Under the pieces are notes generated by a model, which did not search any database, was not told the DNA's origin, and saw only the letters and a program-made list of their open reading frames with translations. From Burkholderiales bacterium (GTDB lineage: Bacteria > Pseudomonadota > Gammaproteobacteria > Burkholderiales > Burkholderiaceae_D), in contig JAYVEF010000206.1 of the NCBI GenBank assembly GCA_043748965.1, positions 630 through 64,629 on the forward strand: a DNA stretch of 64,000 bases, in the 5' to 3' direction. The translations under genes were made by a program, and so were the position numbers. Shown one piece after another: positions 18,663 to 28,586 of this stretch. Positions within the stretch are counted from its first letter, which is position 1. The number at the start of each line of letters is the position of its first letter.

Positions 18663-19384
18663 CGCCGCGCATGAACGAACTCTGGGTGTATCTTGCGGCC
18701 TCGCCACTACTTGGTCTAACCGCGACTCTGCTAGCGTATCAACTGGCGTATGCGATCTACCAACGAGCCCGCTTCAGCCCGCTGGCCAATCCGGTAGCGC
18801 TGGCCGTGCTGATTTTGGTGCTGCTCTTGACCTTGACCGGAACCGCGTATCAGACCTATTTCGACGGTGCCCAGTTCGTTCATTTTTTGCTGGGCCCGGC
18901 AACAGTCGCACTGGCGATTCCTCTGTATCAGCAATTGCCGAAACTGCGCCGGAACTGGTTCGCTTTGATGGCGGGTGTGCTGACCGGCAGCACGGCGGCA
19001 ATTGTAACGGCCATGGGCTCCGCCTGGCTGCTGGGCGCTTCGTCGCGCACCATCCTGTCGATCGCGCCGAAGTCGGTGACTACCCCGATTGCCATGGGTA
19101 TTGCCGAAAAAATCGGCGGCCTACCATCGCTGACTGCGGTGCTGGTGATCGCTACGGGCATCCTTGGCGCGACGCTTGCTCCCGGGATTTTGCGCTGGAT
19201 GCGTGTCACCGATGACAGCGTAGCCGGTTTTGCGCTGGGCGTGACGGCACACGGCATTGGCACCGCCAGAGGGTTTCAGGTGAGTGAGGAAATGGGCGCC
19301 TTTGCCGGTCTGGCGATGGGACTGTCCGGAATCTTGATGGCGCTACTGTTACCGTTTTTGCTCAAATTATTCGGTGTGACCTGA
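18659..19384 (+). CDS. lrgB: LrgB/CidB family protein
   Basis: LLGPATVALAIPLY, PKSVTTPIAM, AHGIGTA; ATGA overlap. Confidence 0.9.
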   Translation: MTPRMNELWVYLAASPLLGLTATLLAYQLAYAIYQRARFSPLANPVALAVLILVLLLTLTGTAYQTYFDGAQFVHFLLGPATVALAIPLYQQLPKLRRNWFALMAGVLTGSTAAIVTAMGSAWLLGASSRTILSIAPKSVTTPIAMGIAEKIGGLPSLTAVLVIATGILGATLAPGILRWMRVTDDSVAGFALGVTAHGIGTARGFQVSEEMGAFAGLAMGLSGILMALLLPFLLKLFGVT

Positions 19385-19423
19385 CCGTTGGTCTCACGCG
19401 GCCATAGCGTGCAGCGGTAGGGA

Positions 19424-20275
19424 TCACGCCGCGTCGGGGTGATGGCCCATGGCTTCGCCCAGACGTACCGTGCCGAGCGGTGCCCAGCCCTCCGCAAAAG
19501 CGATCCGTTTCGGCGGGAACAGCATCACCACAGTTGAGCCGAGCAAAAAACGACCTAATTCCGCGCCTTGTTTGAGGACGATCTCCTGATCAACGTACCG
19601 CCATTCGCGCAACTGGCCGGAGCGCGGCGGATTGACTACACCATGCCAGACGGTTGCCATGCTGCCGACGATGGTCGCGCCTACCAGCGTCAGCACAAAC
19701 GGCCCATCGGCGCTGTCGAAAACGCACACCACGCGCTCGTTGCGGGCAAACAGGCCCGGTACGCCACGCGCGGTCGCCGGATTAACTGAGAACAGCGCAC
19801 CCGGAACGTGAATCATGCGCAGCAGCCGACCATCGCACGGCATGTGAATCCGGTGATAATCCTTGGGACTCAGATAGATCGTGGCAAAACTGCCGTTTTG
19901 AAACTGTGCGGCGAGCGACCGGTCGCCGCCGACCAGTGCGGTGGTCGAATAATTATGCCCCTTGGCCTGAAAAATCTGGTCCTGCTCGATTGCGCCGAAC
20001 TGGCTGATCGCGCCATCGACCGGGCAAACATAATCGGCAACGGCAAGCGGTCTGGCGTCGGGGCGCAGGGCACGCGTAAAAAAATGGTTGAAGCTGACGT
20101 ACGCAGTAATCGTGGGTTCGGCTGCCTCGGCCATGTTCACGCCATAGTGTGCGACAAAACGACGAATAATCGCCGTCGTGATGGCGCCCGCTTCGGCGTT
20201 GGCAATTTTGCCGGCCAGCCAGGTCATGGACTGTTTCGGCAGCGCATATTGCAGCAGGACAGCAGGATCAACCAT
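19424..20275 (-). CDS. psd: Phosphatidylserine decarboxylase proenzyme
   Basis: FFTRALR, CPVDG, YLSPKDYHRIH, RNER, self-cleavage motif LGST. Confidence 0.95.
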   Translation of the reverse strand: MVDPAVLLQYALPKQSMTWLAGKIANAEAGAITTAIIRRFVAHYGVNMAEAAEPTITAYVSFNHFFTRALRPDARPLAVADYVCPVDGAISQFGAIEQDQIFQAKGHNYSTTALVGGDRSLAAQFQNGSFATIYLSPKDYHRIHMPCDGRLLRMIHVPGALFSVNPATARGVPGLFARNERVVCVFDSADGPFVLTLVGATIVGSMATVWHGVVNPPRSGQLREWRYVDQEIVLKQGAELGRFLLGSTVVMLFPPKRIAFAEGWAPLGTVRLGEAMGHHPDAA

Positions 20276-20390
20276 TGCGGGTCTCGGCGAAAAATAATCC
20301 GGCGATTGTACCGGCTAACGCACAGTCGCCGTGCGCCAATCGCGTTAACATGCGCCTTTGATCTTGATCCGGATACCGAAAGGAGTGAGT

Positions 20391-21734
20391 TTGCATCGAT
20401 TCAATAGTATTGCATGGCTGATGCATCGCGCCACACGGCTGGTCCTGGGGTGTGGACTTTGCCTGTGCGCGCCACTCGTAACTGCGGCGACATCACCCGA
20501 GCCGGTCCTGAAAGTAATCACGTTTGGCGCCTCCGACACCGACGCTCGTATCGATACTGCCAAATTCAGTCCAGCCGATTTTGTGTTTGCCGAGACAGCC
20601 GACAGCACGGCACCCGAGCGCCGTTTTACCGGCCCGGTAACGTTGGCGCAGGGAGACACGTGGCAAACTGTTCTGGCACGTTGTCAAGTGGCGGCTGACG
20701 CGTGGCCCACTTTATTGCAGGATCTGGCGAGCGGCGGCGCTATTAGTACGCTGCCCAGTGACTGGCCGCGCCGACCGCTTCCGGACGGCAGAATCTGGAT
20801 CGAATGGCGTGCCGTAACAGTGCCTACCGCCGTGTATCTATCGCTCTCACCGCAGCAAATGCTGCGCGCGCGCCAAGTGAAGGGTCAACTGCGGGTCGAC
20901 ACGGGCAACCGGGTTGCCGCGCCTGCACTAGCCGAGCCGGTCAGTGCAAAATTCTATCGCAGCGCCGATCAGCTCGGCATTCCGGGAACCGTGGTGGACC
21001 AGATGGTGAAACTGTTTTCCGGCGAAATCGATTTTCACCGTGATCTGGCCAACGGTTTCAAAGGCACGATCCTGTTCGAAATGCTGTCCGAACCTGATCA
21101 GCCAGTGCGTCCCGGACACATCCTGGCGGTGCGCCTGATCACACCGAGCCGCACCCTGTCGGCGTATTCATTCGATGACAGCAGCGCGACGGAACCGAAT
21201 TATTATTCTGCGCAGGGCTGGCAAGTGCAACGCAGTTTTTTACAGTCGCCCATCGTATTTTCACGCATCACCTCGGGCTATTCGGTGGCACGTTTCCATC
21301 CCATTCTGAAACTCTGGCGGGCCCATACGGGGATCGATTTTGCCGCCCCGCTGGGCACGCCAGTGCGGGTGACCGCTGATGGTAAGGTGAGTTTCGCCGG
21401 AGCGCGTGGCGAATATGGCAATCTGGTGACGGTCCAGCATGCGGGTGGGTGGTCGAGCTATTACGGACACTTGCAGTTGGTTGCACGAGGCGTCGCGAGC
21501 GGCACGCAGTTACGCCAGGGGGACGTACTCGGACAGGTCGGTATGACAGGCATGGCAACAGGCCCGCACCTGCACTACGAAATGCGCCAGGGCGGACAGC
21601 CGTTCGATCCGGCCCTGTTCAAAGACACGACAGTGCGTCTGAACCCAAGCCAGCTGGAACGCTTCGATCATCTGGTGCAATGGTATGAAAAGCAGCTGTC
21701 CTCCTTCAGTCGGGCGCATTTTATCGCGCCGTAG
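20391..21734 (+). CDS. M23 family peptidoglycan endopeptidase (MepM-like, divergent N-terminus)
   Basis: HTGIDFAAP, YGHL, TGPHLHYE Zn-binding motifs. Start uncertain (TTG 20391 after AAGGAG, or ATG 20421). Confidence 0.85.
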   Translation: MHRFNSIAWLMHRATRLVLGCGLCLCAPLVTAATSPEPVLKVITFGASDTDARIDTAKFSPADFVFAETADSTAPERRFTGPVTLAQGDTWQTVLARCQVAADAWPTLLQDLASGGAISTLPSDWPRRPLPDGRIWIEWRAVTVPTAVYLSLSPQQMLRARQVKGQLRVDTGNRVAAPALAEPVSAKFYRSADQLGIPGTVVDQMVKLFSGEIDFHRDLANGFKGTILFEMLSEPDQPVRPGHILAVRLITPSRTLSAYSFDDSSATEPNYYSAQGWQVQRSFLQSPIVFSRITSGYSVARFHPILKLWRAHTGIDFAAPLGTPVRVTADGKVSFAGARGEYGNLVTVQHAGGWSSYYGHLQLVARGVASGTQLRQGDVLGQVGMTGMATGPHLHYEMRQGGQPFDPALFKDTTVRLNPSQLERFDHLVQWYEKQLSSFSRAHFIAP

Positions 21735-21754
21735 GTCCCGCGTTGACGGGTCAC

Positions 21755-22396
21755 TCAAGTGACATTTCGCTTGACAAAAAACAGTGCGGTGCCGACCGCC
21801 ATCAGCACGCCGCCAAAGAAACGATTTTGTTTTTTGATTGCGCGGGCGTCCCTGAAATACCGTTGCATCGACGCTGCTGCGAACGCATAACTGTGCATTA
21901 CGATCAGATCGATGGTGCACATGGTCACACCCAGTATCAGCAACTGCGGCAGCAGCGCCGCGTCGCGGCTGATAAATTGCGGCAGCACCGCGACCATAAA
22001 AATAATCCCCTTCGGGTTGGTCGCGTTGGTCAGAAAACCGATCAGAACGCGCCGTCCAAAACCGGGCACAACGGTATCTGAACGGCCGGCCTGCGCTAAT
22101 TCTGATGGCACCACGCGTGCGCGCCACTGCGAGATGCCGAGATAAATTAAATACAGTGCGCCGATCACCTTGACGATATTGAAGGCGACTTCAGACGCCA
22201 GCAATAACGAGCCGACCCCGGCCCCCGCGACTGCCAATACCATCATCAGACCCACCTGCAAGCCCAATACCGTCGCACTGGTTTTCTTGACGCCGTAGGA
22301 CAACCCATGCGACATCGACAGGATCGCACCGGAGCCCGGTGAAATGGCGATGATACAGGCCGCGATAAAAAACGTGAACCAGGTGGCGAAGGTCAT
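21755..22396 (-). CDS. rhtB: LysE/RhtB family amino-acid (homoserine/HSL) exporter
   Basis: ISPGSG, GALYLIYLG, NPKGIIF, LPQF. Confidence 0.85.
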   Translation of the reverse strand: MTFATWFTFFIAACIIAISPGSGAILSMSHGLSYGVKKTSATVLGLQVGLMMVLAVAGAGVGSLLLASEVAFNIVKVIGALYLIYLGISQWRARVVPSELAQAGRSDTVVPGFGRRVLIGFLTNATNPKGIIFMVAVLPQFISRDAALLPQLLILGVTMCTIDLIVMHSYAFAAASMQRYFRDARAIKKQNRFFGGVLMAVGTALFFVKRNVT

Positions 22397-22437
22397 GGCG
22401 GTGTCACTTGAAAAGTCGGTTTGGTCAGGCGTAGTGC

Positions 22438-24198
22438 TTACTTGCCCCAGCTGTCTTTGAGCGTGGTGATGCGATTAAAAATCGGTTTCCCGGGTGCGGA
22501 GTCGACCCTGTCCGCAACAAAATAGCCATGTCGTTCGAATTGAAATTTTTGATCCGGCACCGCATGCTGCAAACCCGGCTCGAGCCAGCCGTGTACTACT
22601 TCGCGCGCATTCGGATTGAGCACCAGCCTGAAATCCTTGCCGCCAGCATCAGGCTGTGGATCGGTAAATAACCGGTCGAACAGGCGCACTTCCGTAGCCA
22701 GCGCGTGGGCTGCGCTCAGCCAGTGAATATTCCCTTTGACCTTGTAATTTGCCGACCCCTCGGTACCGGACCGGCTGTCCTCAAAATAATTGCAGTGGAC
22801 CGCAACCACCTTGCCGTCCGCATCCTTATCGCAGCCGGTACACTCGATTACAAAGCCATAGCGCAGACGCACTCGATTTCCCGGAAATAGTCGAAAGTAT
22901 CCTTTGGTCGGCACTTCCATAAAATCATCCTGCTCGATCCACAACGTATCCGAGAGCGCAATCGTCCGGTTGCCGCGGTCGGCAAAATGCGGATGCACCG
23001 GCGCCTGACAATCGATCACGGAACCAGTCGGAAAGTTATCGATGACAAGTTTCAGAGGGCGCAGGACGGCTGTTGCGCGCGGCGCTTTCGGATCGAGATC
23101 TTCGCGCAGGCAGCCATCCAGGGTTGCGATGTCGATCCAGCTATCAGATTTGGTGACGCCAGTGCGTTCGCAAAACATCTGAATTGATTCCGGGGTAAAG
23201 CCGCGCCGCCGGATTCCGACCAATGTCGGCATGCGCGGATCGTCCCATCCATCGACGACCTTTTCTTCGACGAGCTGGCGCAGCTTACGCTTGCTGGTGA
23301 CTACATAGGTCAGGTTCAGCCGCGCGAATTCATACTGGTGCGGCAGTGGCTTTTTGAAGTAGCCGGCTTCGCACAGACGTTCCAGAATCCAGTCATAAAA
23401 TGGCCGGTGATCCTGAAACTCCAGCGTGCAGATCGAATGCGTAATGTTTTCAAGCGCATCCGAAATCGGGTGCGTGTAGTCATACATCGGATAAATGCAC
23501 CAAGTGTCACCAGTGCGGTGATGGTTTGCGTGTCGAATCCGGTAAATTGCCGGATCGCGCAAATTCATGTTCGGCGAGGTCATGTCGATGCGGGCGCGCA
23601 GAACATGCGCACCGTCAGCAAATTCGCCCGCCTTCATGCGTCGCAGCAAATCCAGCGACTGCGCCGCCGGCCGTTTTCGAAACGGCGAATCGACACCCGG
23701 ATCGCTAAAGTTGCCGCGATGGCGCGCCATGTCCTCGGCCGACTGGCTGTCGACATAGGCGTGTCCGGCCAGGACCAGACTCTCGGCCATCTGGTAAAGG
23801 GTGTCGAAATAATCGCTGGCGTAGTACAGATGGGTTTGTCCGTCGGCATGCCAGTCGAACCCGAGCCACCGCACCGAATCAAGTATCGTGTCGACGTATT
23901 CCTGTTCTTCTCTGGCGGGATTGGTGTCGTCAAACCGCAAGTGCGCGTGTCCGTGGTAATCGCGAGCCAAACCAAAATTCAGGCAAATCGATTTGGCATG
24001 GCCGATATGCAGATAGCCATTAGGCTCAGGCGGGAAACGGGTGATGACCTGCGGCAGCGGACGCTGCGCCTGATCGACGCGGCCGGCATATTTGTGCTGC
24101 GCCAGATCGTTATCGATAACGCCACGTAAAAAATTAGGTGAAGGCACTGCGGCGGGCGTCGGGGCGGGCGCTGCCTTGGCGATTATTTCATTGCTCAT
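22438..24198 (-). CDS. glnS: Glutamine--tRNA ligase
   Basis: TRFPPEPNGYLHIGH, DDTNP, TSKRKL, GWDDPR, QFERHGYF. Confidence 0.97.
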   Translation of the reverse strand: MSNEIIAKAAPAPTPAAVPSPNFLRGVIDNDLAQHKYAGRVDQAQRPLPQVITRFPPEPNGYLHIGHAKSICLNFGLARDYHGHAHLRFDDTNPAREEQEYVDTILDSVRWLGFDWHADGQTHLYYASDYFDTLYQMAESLVLAGHAYVDSQSAEDMARHRGNFSDPGVDSPFRKRPAAQSLDLLRRMKAGEFADGAHVLRARIDMTSPNMNLRDPAIYRIRHANHHRTGDTWCIYPMYDYTHPISDALENITHSICTLEFQDHRPFYDWILERLCEAGYFKKPLPHQYEFARLNLTYVVTSKRKLRQLVEEKVVDGWDDPRMPTLVGIRRRGFTPESIQMFCERTGVTKSDSWIDIATLDGCLREDLDPKAPRATAVLRPLKLVIDNFPTGSVIDCQAPVHPHFADRGNRTIALSDTLWIEQDDFMEVPTKGYFRLFPGNRVRLRYGFVIECTGCDKDADGKVVAVHCNYFEDSRSGTEGSANYKVKGNIHWLSAAHALATEVRLFDRLFTDPQPDAGGKDFRLVLNPNAREVVHGWLEPGLQHAVPDQKFQFERHGYFVADRVDSAPGKPIFNRITTLKDSWGK

Positions 24199-25200
24199 GG
24201 AGGACTAGGGCGGCGGTCGCCGTGATTGTGTCCGGTTATTTTACCGTAGACTATCGTTCAGGCGTGCTTTGCCAGGGCTGCTGGCATCGGTGCGCGTAGG
24301 TTTGCGAATCGTCACTGGTGGCCGGCTACTGGGCTACAGTCATTGCCCGGTCAGACCGAAGCGGACGGGACCGTCGTCCAGTCGACGTACCCTTTTGTGA
24401 AATGGCAGTTTGATGGACTGAAATGGTTCGGCCGCGTATCGAAAATGTTTCGGAGAAGGACCCGATGGACCCAAAGGCCCTGCTGTTGTGGCAGTTTAGC
24501 GACAGAATTGTTAAAAATCTAAAAATTTTTGTCGCTAGGATAAGTTTGGTTGTCCGTTATGTACGGAACTAAATTTCGTCTGACACGTCGCACAGTCGGA
24601 GTCGCACGGGAGACCTGAAAAAACGATGTCCCAAGTAGAACAATCTGCCTATGAGACAAGTGTGTTTTGCCGCTCCGCAGCATGGCGCTATGCGAGGGTG
24701 CAACTCTGCAACGTCGGCGTTCCTTGCGCTTGTGGCGTACCGGCTGTACGGGATCGACGCCGAACGTTATATCTGGAATGACGGCATTTTCCAATTTTTG
24801 TTTCGGGTCTCGCCAGCTAAATTCGTTTCTGCGATATCGGACGATCGTCAGAAAGCGGTCACGCCAATTCGTAAAAATGTAGAATTACGGCATAGAATTT
24901 TGCCTATGGATGCGAAATGGGCAGGCTACCGGTGACGGCAGGACAAACTGGAGACAGAGATTTAGATCCGCTGGAACCGATGATGTAACTGCGACAAAAG
25001 AAGCCTGCCGGGACAAACGATGTGATCGCGATGCTCTTCAAAAAATGGCTGAAGCAATGCAACAATGGGTACCTTTTTTTTAAGCAATGTTTTTAGCAAA
25101 ATAACGGCAGCAAACAGTTTCTGACTACAGCGGTTCGCCAGAGAGCGATTCCTTTTGTTGCAAAACTTAAATTTTTTCCACAACCATCTAGGAAATACTT

Positions 25201-26295
25201 ATGAAAAAATCGCTTCTTGCCCTAGCAGTGTTCGGTGCCTTCGCTGGTGCCGCGTCAGCACAAACTTCGGTGACCGCGTATGGCGTTGCCGACGTCGGCT
25301 TCATCCGCGAATATGGCAGCCTTGGTCCTGGCATTACGAAACTGGACAGCGGGATACAGTCCGGTTCACGCCTTGGCTTCAAGGGAACCGAAGATCTGGG
25401 CAGCGGTCTGAAGGCGCTGTTTCAGCTCGAAACGGGTATTGCAATGGATACCGGTGGGTTCAATCAGGGTAACCGCGCTTTCGGCCGTCAGGCATGGGTC
25501 GGTTTGGCTGGTAATTTCGGAATGGTCTCGCTGGGTCGTCAGTATCAGTCGCAATTTATTGCATTGGACGAAGTCGATCCATTCGGCACGGGGCTAGCCG
25601 GCAATTCAACTAATCTTTTCCGCTATCCATTTGGCTCGCGCAATAACAACATGATTAAGTACAGCACCCCTGAAACGGGTGGCTTCACGGCTGAGGCAGA
25701 ATACGGTTTCGGTGAAGTCGCTGGTGACGTATCGTCAAAGCGCACGCTTGGTGGTTCGATCGGCTACGCGAACGGCCCGGCGGTAATCAAATTATCGTAC
25801 GAGAAGGACCAGCTGGGTGCCAACGGCGCTACCAACCTGAACCAGACGACGAGTCCGGCTACACCGTTCCCAAATACCATTACTGGTAAGGATTTTACGG
25901 CCGCAGCACCTGTGCCGCCGATCACTGGGGCAGCCAAGTACACGCAGTTGACAGGTTCGTATGATTTCAGCGTGGTCAAATTGGCGATGGCCTATCGCAA
26001 AGATAAGGATGATCAGTTCCTTGACGCGAACAATTTCCTGGTCGGCGTTTCGGTTCCGTTCGGTGCCAGCAGCTTCATGGCTTCCTACATCCGTCACAAA
26101 GATCGTTCGGATTTTGGCCAGGATGCTAACCAGATCGGTGTCGGCTACACCTATGCTTTGTCGAAGCGCACGAATTTTTATTCTTCGTATGCGCGCATCA
26201 ACAACAGCAACGCAGCGGGCTATACGGTTGGCAACGCGATTTCCGATGGCTCGAACGAAAAGGCCTTTAACGTCGGCGTCCGTCACAAGTTTTAA
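25201..26295 (+). CDS. Gram-negative trimeric porin (Burkholderiales type)
   Basis: MKKSLLALA signal, SRLGFKGTEDLG, FGRQAWVGL, YALSKRT, C-terminal GVRHKF. Confidence 0.95.
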   Translation: MKKSLLALAVFGAFAGAASAQTSVTAYGVADVGFIREYGSLGPGITKLDSGIQSGSRLGFKGTEDLGSGLKALFQLETGIAMDTGGFNQGNRAFGRQAWVGLAGNFGMVSLGRQYQSQFIALDEVDPFGTGLAGNSTNLFRYPFGSRNNNMIKYSTPETGGFTAEAEYGFGEVAGDVSSKRTLGGSIGYANGPAVIKLSYEKDQLGANGATNLNQTTSPATPFPNTITGKDFTAAAPVPPITGAAKYTQLTGSYDFSVVKLAMAYRKDKDDQFLDANNFLVGVSVPFGASSFMASYIRHKDRSDFGQDANQIGVGYTYALSKRTNFYSSYARINNSNAAGYTVGNAISDGSNEKAFNVGVRHKF

Positions 26296-26338
26296 TGGGC
26301 TGCGGGCTTTGGCCTGCGCTGGTTGGAACACATGACAG

Positions 26339-26365
26339 AAAAAGCACCTTCGGGTGCTTTTTTTT
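26339..26365 (+). terminator. Rho-independent terminator of the porin gene
   Basis: AAAAAGCACC-TTCG-GGTGCTTTTTTTT. Confidence 0.9.
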
Positions 26366-26431
26366 ATGTTTGTAAGGTTCGATCCACGCGCAAGACCAAG
26401 CTGCACGACACGATTGTCGTAAGGAGCTGAA

Positions 26432-27208
26432 ATGCGTTGTCGTGTTACCTTCAACATGCTCGGCGTGGCGGCCATGCTTTGTGCCGCACTACCGGCCCTG
26501 GCGCAAACCTGCCAGAAGCAGAGTCCACCCTACACTGTCGCGCTACTTGAGTTGTACACCTCCGAGGGTTGCAGCAGTTGCCCACCCGCTGACCGGCAGG
26601 TCAGTGCATTGCGCATCGAGGCTGCTCGTTCAGGGGTTAGTACCGAACACTTCGTGCCGCTCGCTCTGCATGTCGATTACTGGGATACCCTCGGCTGGAA
26701 AGACCGGTTTGCGTCGCCGACGTTGACCGCGCGCCAGCGCTGGCTGTCCGGACTCGCCGCGGCAAGGACGATTTACACGCCGGAGGTGTTCGTCGATGGC
26801 CATGAATTGCGTGGCTGGCACAGCGATACCCTCGACGCGATCCGTCGCACGAACGCTCGTCCGGCTGAAGCCACCGTGTCAATCGTGCTTGGGCAGCCCA
26901 GCGCTGCCGGAATCGCAATCGCAGTAACTGCAAACTCGGCACAGGCGGGACAGTTGTTCGTGGCCTTGTACGAGAACGGTGTGGTGAGCAATGTGACCGC
27001 CGGTGAAAACGGTGGCGTGCAGTTGCATCACGACTATGTGGTACGCGAATGGATCGGACCGGCCGTGCTGAATCAGGGTACGGCGACGTTGAACCGGACC
27101 CTACGGATTCCGGTCGGCAGCCAGATTAAAAATTTGGGCGTCGCGGCATTTGTACAGTCATCGCATGGACAGGTGTTGCAGGCACTGTCGCTCCCGGCCT
27201 GCTCCTGA
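26432..27208 (+). CDS. DUF1223 family secreted thioredoxin-like protein
   Basis: ELYTSEGCSSCPPAD, HVDYWD.LGWKDRF, YTPE, GENGG..L.HDYVVR; signal peptide. Confidence 0.9.
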   Translation: MRCRVTFNMLGVAAMLCAALPALAQTCQKQSPPYTVALLELYTSEGCSSCPPADRQVSALRIEAARSGVSTEHFVPLALHVDYWDTLGWKDRFASPTLTARQRWLSGLAAARTIYTPEVFVDGHELRGWHSDTLDAIRRTNARPAEATVSIVLGQPSAAGIAIAVTANSAQAGQLFVALYENGVVSNVTAGENGGVQLHHDYVVREWIGPAVLNQGTATLNRTLRIPVGSQIKNLGVAAFVQSSHGQVLQALSLPACS

Positions 27209-27227
27209 GCAGATGCCTGTCCGGAAT

Positions 27228-27713
27228 TTAACGGTTGAAGCTGGCCCGGATGGCTTCCAGCCGATTTCGGTTGGCATCGAAGTCCTTGCGGCCAAGACGC
27301 GACGCCGAGCGCATCTGGATTACGCTGGCGGGCTGGTCCAGCACAAACTCGACGTCATCGACAAATTTCAGTAACGGCGTCTGAAACTCGGCATACAGGT
27401 AGTCGGCGTTACTGGTCACCACAGTCACGCCGGCCATACCGCGCACGATCCCATTGAGCTTGTCGAAGGCCGTCTTGGCGTCGCCGCTGTAGCGGATCGG
27501 ATCGATCACGTGATAATCGGTGTGTGGCTGCAGAAGGGCATAACTCGACACCACGTTCCAGGAATTTTTGACGGGGGGCTTCAGCATGCCGCCCTGCAAT
27601 CCGAGATCGGTGGGACGCTTGCCGTGCAGGAGCCCGAGTTGGCCAGCCACCACCAGCAGCACAGGGAGAACCAGGAACACGACCAACGCGACGATACCTA
27701 GAATTTTTGCCAT
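27228..27713 (-). CDS. DUF1499 family protein
   Basis: N-terminal TM; LLKFVDDVEF, RSASRLGRKDFDANRNRLE. Confidence 0.85.
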   Translation of the reverse strand: MAKILGIVALVVFLVLPVLLVVAGQLGLLHGKRPTDLGLQGGMLKPPVKNSWNVVSSYALLQPHTDYHVIDPIRYSGDAKTAFDKLNGIVRGMAGVTVVTSNADYLYAEFQTPLLKFVDDVEFVLDQPASVIQMRSASRLGRKDFDANRNRLEAIRASFNR

Positions 27714-27803
27714 GATCGTATGCTTTCGAGAAATTCAAAAGACCGACACTACCATAGCAGCACGCTGATCCGCTGCGACAAATTGACAGCGTCAGCGCCG
27801 CGC

Positions 27804-28586
27804 TCACATCTGCCGGAACAGGTGGGCAAACAGCCGGCTGACGCGCAGAGGCTCGGTCCGACCGCGCAATCGCACACTGAGCTTGCCGGCTTCATCACGC
27901 TGAGCCAGCAGGATGGTGGCAGCATTCACTACCGTACCACGATGGATTTGCCAGAATTGAGCGGGGTCGAGTTGGGGCAACAGCTCTTTCAGACTCATTC
28001 GGATCAACGCTTCGCCGTCCGCGGTAACCACACGCAAATATTTGTCCGTCGCCTCAAAATACACCACATCGGCGATCGGAATCATGCGCACCTGATTGCC
28101 CACCGCTGCTCGCAGTATGGTCAACGCGGGCACCGCTGCTGCGCTGTCGGGTAGCAGCGTGCGCAACTGGTGCAGTACGCGGTCGAGCTCACCATCGGGC
28201 GCCACGGCACGGCTGCGCAGACGCTGTACGGTTTTTGCCAGACGTTCATCCGAGATCGGTTTGCAGACATAGTCGACTGCGGCATGATCGAATGCCGCCA
28301 GCGCAAACTGTTCGTAAGCGGTGACAAACACCAGCATCGGAAATACACTGTCGTCAGGCCATTCGTCTGCCAGTTCGCGTGCCGCTTCGAGACCACTCAG
28401 TCCCGGCATTTTGATGTCGAGGAACAGGATGTCCGGGCGCAGCGCCAGCGCTTGCGTGACCGCGTCGACGCCATTTTCCACCTGCGCGATGATGTATAAC
28501 TCGGGCCATACGCGTTGCAGGGCGTGCACCAGCATCTGCAGCAAAATTGGTTCGTCTTCGGCAATCAGGGCGCGCAGAATAGTCAT
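27804..28586 (-). CDS. LytTR family response regulator
   Basis: REC (AEDE, FLDIKMP, FVTAY, DYVCKP) plus LytTR (DKY, FWQIHRGTVVN, VSR). Confidence 0.93.
   Translation of the reverse strand: MTILRALIAEDEPILLQMLVHALQRVWPELYIIAQVENGVDAVTQALALRPDILFLDIKMPGLSGLEAARELADEWPDDSVFPMLVFVTAYEQFALAAFDHAAVDYVCKPISDERLAKTVQRLRSRAVAPDGELDRVLHQLRTLLPDSAAAVPALTILRAAVGNQVRMIPIADVVYFEATDKYLRVVTADGEALIRMSLKELLPQLDPAQFWQIHRGTVVNAATILLAQRDEAGKLSVRLRGRTEPLRVSRLFAHLFRQM

Noticed and set aside
24519-24935. Short ORFs in the glnS-porin intergenic region
   Set aside because: No recognisable motifs, atypical composition, no convincing SD.
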